From positions 1,488,001-1,552,000 of the forward strand of contig NC_134031.1 of NCBI RefSeq assembly GCF_964204645.1: a stretch of 64,000 nucleotides of DNA, given 5' to 3'. This DNA is from Tubulanus polymorphus (Eukaryota; Animalia; Nemertea). A program made the position numbers and the translations under genes. Positions within the stretch are counted from its first letter, which is position 1. Each line of letters starts with the position of its first letter. Below are positions 54,201-64,000 of this stretch, piece by piece. The notes beneath the pieces are model-generated. The model saw only the letters and a list, made by a program, of their open reading frames with translations, searched no databases and was not told the origin of the DNA.

Positions 54201-57200
54201 TTGCGAACACGTCGAGATCTTTCGTCGAACTGCTTTCGGTCGACGAATCTTTCAAGAAGAATTGTTCCTCGTACGAGTTGATGCTCATTCGTTGCGCCCA
54301 CTCGTCGCTGGTCATCGACGCCGGTGATTTCGGTGAGATCGTACTCTGATTGTCATCGTCTTCGTCCGATGATTCCGGTAAAGGTTGACCGATTCCTGTC
54401 TCTTTAATCAGTATCGCGATCCATTTACCCTGTTCTATTGTATTCTGGGGCTGAAAAATAAATACGTTACATCAATAAAACCTTCAAGTACTGGACTCAG
54501 TCGTCACAAATCTCAGGTTAGAATTACAGTAAACTTCACCTAACACGGACAGACTAGGATCGAGTTTAGTGAAGTATGAATTCAGGTTCAGAAATCTGAA
54601 ATAATTTTGCTTTTGTCCAAGTTAGTGAATGTACAAATTGATCATGTTTGGCGAGGTTTATATCTGTTTATTTCATATGTATTAACATTTGAGTCAAGCG
54701 CTAACTGAAAACTGTGGCTCTGGATCGAGGGTACAATTTATAGAAAAAGTTTTAACTTAAAAACGGATCAGTTTGAATTGTTGCCAGCATTTAAAAACAT
54801 GAAACAAGCAACAGCAATCAAATTAATTCACGTTTTCACTGAAACTGGTCCCTGTTCTAAATACAGGGAAGTCCAAAAATCCATTCGCTGAAACTTCAAA
54901 CTGATTTATGGCTCTTACCTCAATAAATGCCTTCACTTTGTCGCCTTGGAATATTTTAATCGAAAGCGGACGATTCATTTCCTCCTGAGCAGACGTGATC
55001 TCGCAGCCGAGCAACGGAAAACAGAATTCGTATTTATAATCGGCGATATTACGGAAACATTCAAACAGACCGTTTTTAATGCGACAATATCGTTTACTCC
55101 AGTCGGACATGTTCGCTAAACTGCTCAATATATTCACATGACCTGAAAAATCAAACAGTTTAAATGATTAAACCAGCCTGAATTTTCGAATTACATACTG
55201 TGTTATCACTATTTCCTATGCTTTAAATTTGTTTATTTTACTGTAAGATATAGTCGAAACATCGAATAAACTACTATAGGGAGACGGCCACTTTCCACCA
55301 ATTTACCAAATCCCTCAAGTTTTCTCTGATTTTTCCATGTTATTACACAAAATTCCCCGAGTGACTCAAAGAAATTTCTAGGTTTAAGATGTTGAAATGT
55401 CGTAATTCATTCATTCTAATGAATCATGAATTGATAAAGAATCACATGGTCAATAGACTATCCGAATTCCCTGAATTGAAATTGTCAAATTTTTCCAGAT
55501 AGTTTTCCAGCGATATTTCTGATTCCCTGAGTTTCTAGGTTTTCCAGGTCAGAGGCCAGCTTGTACTACCCTGCACTACCTCAAGAAAACATGTCGAAAT
55601 AAATGTTACATATATCTGAACATTGTCGATTTTTCTACACACACACACATACCTGAAACACGAACATCGTAGAAATTCGTATCAGCCGCCACTTGTTTAA
55701 TGAGTTGAGCGCCCTCTATATTCGTAGCCGTCAGTAAACGTCGCGCTTTCTTTTTACCCCAACTGCTGAACATGTGACTGGCGCGACGCTGGAAATTATC
55801 GCTAGACGTGCGTCGCGATTTACGGTTAGTGGGCGGGAGAGTGGTCGACGCCGAACGATCGATCATGTGACTAGTCGACAATGACTTACGCTGTTCTAGT
55901 TTCTGTAGTCGTGGAGACGGCGGTTCTTTAAATCATAATACAAACAATATTAATTCAACAATTCAAACTGTTACATTTAAATATACTCGATATCTGTATG
56001 TAATATACAACTGTAACTATTTAATAGCTTCGGACAGAAAGGGTTAATTGAAAATACAGTAAACTCTGTACCGGTCAACTAGAGTTAAAATGATCAAGTC
56101 AGTGTATCTTACTAAGATCTAATGAAAAACCTATTTTATACCTGATTCTCAACTAAGGTGAAATATTTAGTCGTGAAGCTACAGACTGATTATATACTTA
56201 TAATATATAAAAGATTATAAACATAATTTCTTTGGATATAATTTCATAAATAGGTACATGTATAAGAAGGACAACCCCAAGCCCTAGGGAAAATAATGTT
56301 TCATCCGATGAACTGAGGCATAGTTAATGAACCACTGAGTAGATGTTTCATAGATAAATAGGTACATATATAAGAAGGACAACCCCAAGCCCTAGGGGCT
56401 GAACCTGACAGAGTAAGATGCAGTTTAACTGTAGAGAGTGGCTAGTTTACCTCGTAGACTATCTCCTTCACTGCTGATCTGAGATATATTCGATAACGAA
56501 TTCTGACTGGAATAGTATCGTTTTTCCGACAGCGGGCTAGGCGTCGCACCTGCTGCTGACAGCGGACTAGCCATCGCACCTGCGGGCGACTGTTCTTCCA
56601 CGTACACGTTCTGAGGAGCTATAATGCGTACCGGAGATTGACCGAAGAAAATTTTCGCAGAAGCAGCTTGAGTTAATTGCTGTAAGAAATATGAAATAGT
56701 TAGAATATCATTTGAATGGCATGTACACACTTAGAGGGGGAGAATAGATGAGATTAAGATGTACCATATACAAATTTTGAGGAAAAGAAGCGAAATTTAT
56801 TCATCAAGAAACAAAATCAAAAGTTTAAAAACACAACATTTCAGACTCTCTCTCTCCAGAGTATTACTTCAAGCCTCATAAGCTGCTAATCACCTAATCT
56901 CTCCGAAATTCACTCAAGTTCCCCCTGTATAAGTGTACCCCTCATTTGTAGTTATTTCTTTGCACCTGATGATGGTCTCTGAGTCCAAAAATTTAGTGCC
57001 TTTTTACTTTTGTTTTCATTTCTTGATAAATGAATTTCGCTGATTTATAAATGAGTTCATTCTAACGTTTCGAGGTTTTAACTAAACTTCATCGGCAGAG
57101 AATCGAAAATGATTATCATGAAGATTAGTCAAACCCTTGAAACATTGGAATAATAGATTTATTAATAAATCATTATTCCAAATCCTTAATTATTGTTTCA

Positions 57201-60200
57201 CACCTGCCAAAATGGTCTCTAGAGAGAGTTTGAAACATCGTGTCGTTTCACTTTCACTTTTGTGTCATTTCACTTTTGATTTCATTTCTTGATAACATTT
57301 TTTGTGGGTTTAATCTTATCAATTGAAATATTGGTAATAAGGGGATGAAACGTTGACAATTATACAAATGTTGTACTTACATCGATCCACATGATAGCTC
57401 GATCGTGAGTTTCCGTGCTGAACAGATACGTTTTATACCCGGGTTTCGACATGCGTATAACGTGACTTCGTTTCAAATCGTTTTCGATATATTCCAAGTC
57501 GAATCCGTCGAGACGAATATCGAACTGCGGATGACTGTCGCGTTCCGATTTATAAATCACCATCCGACTCGGCGCGATCACGCAGAAACGTCTGCTCCAC
57601 GTTAATTTACCTTTGAACGTTAATTCACCGGAAAATAAAACGTTTCGCAGGAAATCCAACGAGAACTCGTCGTCGAAAGATTTATCTTTGTCGCGATCTT
57701 TTTCGCGTTCTTTTCTTCGTTTCGTTTTACTTCGTCGTAAACTTCGAAATCTGAAAAAAAAGAAATCAAAAATAGGTCGCTACAAACAACTCACAATCCG
57801 TGTCCGCAGTTCTAGGCTAAAGATTGACTCCTGTTGACCAGTTCCATTAGAACCAATCCAACTCCCTATCAGTTCTATAGACAATCCATCAGTTTAAAGA
57901 TCGTGATTTCAGTCTAAAAGTGGTCTTTAATCATAAGACTATTCAGAAGTTTTGTTAGAATATATAACTAAGTTGGTCTTAGACTTGAATCTAGGCTATA
58001 ACTGCAACTGGCCCCTGGGGCTAGTTGCACAGTTGTGACTTAAGTCCAAAAGTGGTCTTAAATCTTAAGACTGGTCTTAAGTTGTTAGATTGGCTCTAGA
58101 ACTAAGTTGGTCTTAGACTGGTCTTAAGTCTAAGCCATGACTATGCAACTGGCCCCTGGGGTTTAAGATCAGCCTAAGCTCATCTTATTTCTATAGCCAA
58201 TATAACAGCTTAAGACTTATTGGTCACAAGTACGCAACAGGGTTTAGGGTTAAATGAAACATTGGAAATCAACTACCGGCCGGGTAAATGTAAATGAGTG
58301 GAATTGTGGAACCTGCAGTCAGAATATTTTACCTCGTGAAAGTAGAAGTTAGTGAACTGGTGCTTTGTCCTTCCTTTAAGTTGTGTGACGGGTCTAATAA
58401 ATCCTCGCGACTACTCGTGTTTCCTCTATTCTCATCATATTCCTCATATGAAGTATCATCTGTAACAACATGAAACCCATGAATAACATTGGTCCAAATC
58501 AGGGTTGGGTTTCATAGATGTGGAAGAAAGATAGTCCCTGGGAACATTTTGAAATTTGTCAGTTATATCCATGGTTTCTCATTGTTATTATGGTGGTTGT
58601 CACCCAAATTGAGGATTTACCCCTAGGGATAACTTGGATACCCAGTCTATAAAACCAGGCCCTGGGGATTTGCTGCTTTATTGTGAACAGCAATATTCTA
58701 CAATTAATCATAAATTACGCGGTAACGGAATATTCAACTACGAATATCTGTTACACTGAGGCATGCTTCTTGTGGCTACCCTCATCCCCTCCTCCCTTCC
58801 TCCTCCACCCCCTCTTTCACTACTCCCTTCTACCCGTCCTCTTCGTAACTCTAGCATTACCTGATTGTTCGTCGATTGAAGGCGTTTTAGTTCGTCCGTT
58901 GATGAAATCGTCGGGATCTTCGGGAATTTCATAAACTTTAAACTCATCGTCGTCATCATCGTCATCTTCATCACCATTCTTCACCTGTACAGCCTCAGCA
59001 AACATACCATTCCTGAAATACACACAGCAACACATCATTAGATATTAATGAATTATCGTGTTATTAGTACGAGGAGCTGTCCATAAAGTACATATACAAA
59101 TTGTTGCTGATTTTCATCTGTATAGGGAGAAGCAGAGCCCCCCTTGAATCGCTCCGAGGTTTCTTACAAAAACTCATTATCTTAAAGAACCGCAAATTGC
59201 GCAATTTATCAACATGGATTTGAAGAGCCTCGGAATTTTAATATCGTGTTGTAAAATTTCATAATGTTTAATGTTACGTATGATTGCGGTCGGATTGTAC
59301 GTTATCGTAACTATGATAATGTCGACGATCTCCTTGACTTTATACGTCAAATAAATTCACCTGAATAAATTATATCTACGCAACCCTATATATATGTATA
59401 TGTATATATATATATTGCCAAATAGATAATTTGACAATGATGAATTGCTAGTGGAAAATCTAATGTTCATAATCATCTAAACATATACATTTTGACATTT
59501 AAATAAATCATCGTTATATATTAACTATGTATACTTTTATATTAGTCGATTACTTGACTACCGCAGTATGCTCTATAGATGAACAATAAACATCGAACCA
59601 GGACGGCAGCTTCAATGCAGCTAACTTTCACTTTCACATTTTTGATTGTGAAAGGGAAATCTTTTCGATCGTTTTGGATCATCGCGGTCGTTATAGGTGA
59701 AAGTAAGCCAGAGAATTTTGAACACTTTTTTATTAGTATTTTATGTATATGTAGGTTTTATGTTTACAGCGCGAGCAATTAGTAACACATGATCGTCTGT
59801 CAAATCCTAGAAACGACATTAAATATTATAAACAAAACATAATACACTCAGTGTAATGGTCAAATAATTATGTGAAAGGCTGGAGAGCTGTTTGTGACTG
59901 TAGTTACTCTGTGTAATTACGTCCAAACTGCAAACATGAATAATAACTCAGAAATAGATGCATTTGATTTGGGGAAAGCACTCGAAAAGGTTTCTAGTCT
60001 GAGCAAACATATGATAGAGACCACTTCAGACACTGTATGACCGACAGTTGACAACCTCATAACCACCACTAGTATGTCGAGATTCAGATGGGAACTCAGT
60101 TATTTTTTTTGGAAAAGACGTCAATGACTAATCTACTCGTGCTAAACGTCACCTTTTGAACTTTTTAAGTGAACTCCGAGATACAGTGGAGACCAAGATT

Positions 60201-61449
60201 CCTGATTTACCCCCCAATAAATGACAATATTGTCAGTGTTAGAATTGCGAAATTCTATTATATAACAAAATATATCCAGGGCCTTAAACAAAAGTATAGT
60301 TCACCGAGCAACACCTCCCCGATATTACTGCCTATAATAACATGACATTTCATATATATAGATCGAGGCACTTGATCAATGTCTCATGTCTTCATGTTAA
60401 GATTCACGCAGACATGTATTTAACAGAAGAGGTTTCTACTTTCACTACAAATAGATGAATTTATATCTATGTATATCGAACATCGGTGAATTACCAGGTG
60501 TTGATTTAAGTTTCGTGATTCCGAAGTTCAAAATTCCACATTTTTTCAGCGCGACAAATCAACAACAGGAAGATTAAAACGACAAAGTGACATTTTAATG
60601 ACGAAATGTACATATTTTTATCGCTGGAAACCAAATTCAAAATATTGAAGAAAATGATGAATAGCGTCCAGTGACAGTTCCAGTTCGGTCCACTGTTCAC
60701 GCTGCCGAAATAGAAGTCAAATTGTTTTCTTTAAAGTCATAGGTTAATTGTTTTCTATCCACTACAGACAAACAGATGACGATGCTAAAAACATCCAAAT
60801 ATTTTGATATGCCCAAATTGAACTCGGTGAACAAATTTCTATCTGTTTGTAAGTCATAAATTACACTCAGCACCGAGACAGAATAGGCAGAATATTCGTG
60901 AAAAACAATCCTGAAAATATACGATGACGATGATGGTCTGGGTGCAGACATAGACTGGGTCGGGGGTCTTAACGATTAACAGTATGTACACAGATCATTA
61001 TGCGTTTATTCAGTACTAAGCAAACGAATATGAAAAATGGAAAAAACCCCGATGAATAGATTAATAACAGTACGATATAATCATAATGGCTGACAGGAGA
61101 TCGAGGACTATAGTGTGTAGTGAACCGGCGTACAATCAGAGGTCAAACTCAATACATCCATACAGAATAGCTGATCATATTCAAGTACATGCTTTCATAT
61201 TTTTGGTAAAATACAAGTTCTCCGTCTATAGAAATAGCCTCGATGAAGCTATTTTTTATGAAGTATTTTGACCACGAGTAGAAAGAGTTGTTTGACCGTG
61301 ATCATAATACACGATCGTAGTAATTTCAATGAGTGAATGGTCATACACTACTACACGTATCTTCAATAGCGGTTACTTTATAACTTGAACTGTGCGCGAC
61401 GAGGACAAAAGTTCACATACTGAACATTTGAACACTTTATTACTGGTGG

Positions 61450-61485
<36 letters not shown>

Positions 61486-63706
61486 ATTGATTGAAAAAGG
61501 TATAGAAAAGGTGGCAAAGTTTGGTGCCATAAATGACTCATTTGAATTATCAAAAAGAACATTCTCTTACTTTTCATCCTCACCATCACAGGAATCATAA
61601 TCACCTTCTTCCTGAAAGAAATTATAAGAAAAAAACATAAATCATCAAAACTAAAAAACCTACTGAACATACTTGAAGACCCTGAAAATATTGTGGAAAA
61701 ATGAATGCACATTTATTATTGACATCTTGAAAATGACTCATTCAGGTTTTCGGGAATAATTCGAATGAAAAAATGTTCTACTTCTTTAAACGGGTAGTCT
61801 AATGATTTGAAGGAGCTGGAGACACGCGTCAGACTAGATCAATCAATAAATGTTTCCGCGGAATTTCGAATGAAAATATTCAATAGTAAAAACAGCAATA
61901 ATCGCAATGAATCGTCGAAGAAATCTTTGAGGAAATCTTTAGAAAAACGAGTTGTAGAATGAACCGCAGACATGTCTATTGATTACGTGGTATTCCTTTC
62001 ATTAAATGTTTCAATAAACAACATTTCCTTTTGAAATCATATTTTGCGCAATCAAAATTAAACCAGATGAGTTTCACATTTGAGTGAGTGATGTAGCTGT
62101 ATAATACAAGCATAGATTTTCAGTAGATATGTGTTTAACAACACTAAATATCACTGATAATTGTTATACATATTTCATCTATATTTCGTATTTCTTTATT
62201 GTTTTATGTCTCCATCTTATTACTCATTGTCTTCTGAGACTGTTTGTCTGTGTCGGAATGTGTTAATTGTTGTTTGTCTCACTGTCATGTCACTACTCGT
62301 CACCTTTGTTTTTGTATCATTTTCCATGTCTCAACTGTCTGAATCTGTGTTATATAAATAGCTATGTGTAAAAATAAAGTCAGTTCCAGTTTTGGTATTC
62401 CAAACTGATAGTTCGCTCACTCGTTACTCTTTCGTTCTGCTCCGGATTTCCGACGTCGACCATTCTTCGAGAATAGGACAGAATATAGCTTTGCTAAATG
62501 TGTAAATCATTTCCTCGAGTGAATCCCAGTTACTTCAAGATCTCTGGAGATATCACATAGATAAGCATTCACGAAACACTCCGAGTTCGTGTAGTAACAA
62601 GAACATTGAAAATCTCAGCAAACTAAGAAAGAAAAGTCTGAAATATCTCATTGAGCTTATAGTTTATTGAATATCGATTTCATAAACTACAGCTCAAGGA
62701 AACATCTGAGACTATATCCTCAGTGCTGGGATTTTGTACCACATTACCGAGAAATTAAGGTTATAAGTAATTAAGAGAATGATTAATTGTAGAATCTTAT
62801 ACGAAATGATTAGATATTTTTTAAATTGACACGTACAAACGTTAGCTATAAATAATTATTCAATTATCCATTCTACTAGAGTGAGAGAGGGAGAGAGAGG
62901 GTGAGGCCGCTGTTCTTTTGTTCGAGATTTTTTATTGGACGTGTGGAATTTTTTCTAAATAGATCTAAGGTCGAATATCAACTTCTATAATATACATATT
63001 CCCATTCAGAATTTATTACTATATTAGATTCATCGTGAAGGTCATGAACATTGTTTTTGTCACCTCACTTGAGTTAAGCAGTAAATGTACATGTAATAGA
63101 GAATAGTATTGCGTACTGAAATTGGCATTGGACGTGTAATTGTATTGTAATTATATGGTTGAATAGTCCGGACATTCAAATATGAGTTGCTGGTTTAGCA
63201 ATAAGGTTTTTAGTTAGGAGACATGTCATAATGATTTGATTCATAAGAGGTCAATCGGAATTTTCGATTGTAAAATCAGAATTATCCATATGCTGTAATT
63301 GTAAAGGGGCTGCATTCATTGTTAAATGACATCGTGGCTGCTGAAGTAGCAACGCTTTCGATCCCCCCCAAAAATACAGACGAGACAATAAGCTTCATTT
63401 TGGTGTTATCTTCTATTTTTCACATTGCTGAATATATTTCAAAGCATTACTATCAGCATTGATAGAACATTGATATTTCGTAAGGGGGTGCTGATTTTCA
63501 GAGGGATGGATGTAAAAATGAAAGGGGTATAAGCCGCCCCTGTAAAACCTGTTGCGGAGAACACTGACTGAGAACAGTGAAAGGTATATACTGACCTCAT
63601 CAGCCTCTAGTGGTTTCCTACGCGATGAAATTGTTATATTCGTTCGTGAGATTTGTCTTTGTCGCGCTGCAAATACAGTCTCCTCCTGAGGTATCGGAGG
63701 CAAAGC
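51275..63706 (-). CDS. AFAP1-like adaptor with two PH domains and C-terminal coiled coil (5' end beyond window)
   Basis: PH1 exon ~57749-57381 (GELTFKGKLTWSRRFCVIAPSRMVIYKSERDSHPQFDIRLDG...AIMWID); PH2 exon ~55142-54920 (GHVNIL...WSKRYCRIKNGLFECF...FPLLGCEI) continuing to GKWIAILIKETG; large acidic exon ~54450-52163 with PxxP and Tyr motifs; coiled-coil last exons; stop at 51275. Upstream exons at ~58459-58333, ~59012/58984-58861 and ~63706-63596. Confidence 0.75.
51725..52050 (+). repeat. 40-bp minisatellite (~8 copies) in AFAP1-like intron
   Basis: Unit GATTACAAACTCTCTACCGG(G/C)CGCTTCTATCAGGTTTACA. Confidence 0.96.
53828..54036 (-). repeat. 42-bp coding tandem repeat (5 x DGDRGDSETTPLVA-like)
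   Basis: In-frame repeats visible in the 723-aa ORF and in the DNA. Confidence 0.92.
56783..57295. mobile_element. Three degenerate hammerhead-bearing repeats (Penelope/retrozyme-like), one inverted
   Basis: Copies at ~56875-56783 (-), 56962-57042 (+) and 57200-57295 (+) share a CTGA.GA-like start, a CTCT/AGAG stem, (G/A)AAA-NN-TH-gtg and an ACTTTTG.TTT..TTTCTTGAT.A tail. Confidence 0.5.
58018..58155. mobile_element. Harbinger-like MITE, CTG TSD, abutting a related degenerate copy ending 58014
   Basis: CTG|GGGCTAGTTGCACAGT...ACTATGCAACTGGCCC|CTG. The internal TCTTAAG/TTGGCT.TAGAAC core recurs at ~27230-27490, ~33000-33073 and ~46860-46980. Confidence 0.75.
61452..61482. repeat. (AT)n microsatellite
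   Basis: About 15 AT units. Confidence 0.9.
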
Positions 63707-64000
63707 TGAAAGAAAATAAAATTTTATGAAAAAAAAAAAAAGATTTTCGGCAGAAAATTGTTCACCTTTTTAATATAACCTCACAACCTGGAAATTATTG
63801 AAACACTTCATCTATTTTTACGAATGGCTGAGATTTAGGGCACGAAGGCTATCGGTGATTCTATCAGGTAGAACAGTAGAGCAGCAGCGATGATGTATAA
63901 GAGTTCTTGAAAAATTACATCAAACATAGTTGGAACAAAGAAAAACCACAGGAAAAAAAGTCGAATGATCATTAGCTGATATCAGAGACAACTGTTTAGT

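Noticed and set aside
56246-56398. Two copies of a ~45-bp segment
   Set aside because: Ordinary short intronic duplication with no structure or coding signal.

Overview
Gene-dense, AT-rich, intron-rich eukaryotic DNA from an invertebrate animal (lophotrochozoan-like by inference; taxon not provable from this window). Seven spliced genes can be assembled by hand: the 3' end of a fatty acyl-CoA reductase (+), PIG-S (+), SRP72 (-), SRP receptor beta (+), an AKNA-family centrosomal protein (-), enolase (+) and an AFAP1-like two-PH-domain adaptor (-, 5' end outside the window). SRP72 and SRPRB are head-to-head with 263 bp between their ATGs, and PIG-S abuts SRP72 tail-to-tail, giving three adjacent ER-targeting/ER-modification genes. 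SRP72 has a U12-type intron. Non-coding DNA holds a ~2.8/2.2 kb tandem duplication with a G-rich satellite built partly from a tRNA-sized unit, many short MITEs (TA-TSD pogo-like and 3-bp-TSD Harbinger-like), a ~2 kb TIR element with CTCF-like motifs, a 5'-truncated LINE, minisatellites and Penelope-type hammerhead relics. I see no demonstrably new system. The best leads are the SRP72/SRPRB/PIGS arrangement, the tRNA-like satellite and the hammerhead relics. Protein family calls rest on motif recognition from memory, not database searches.
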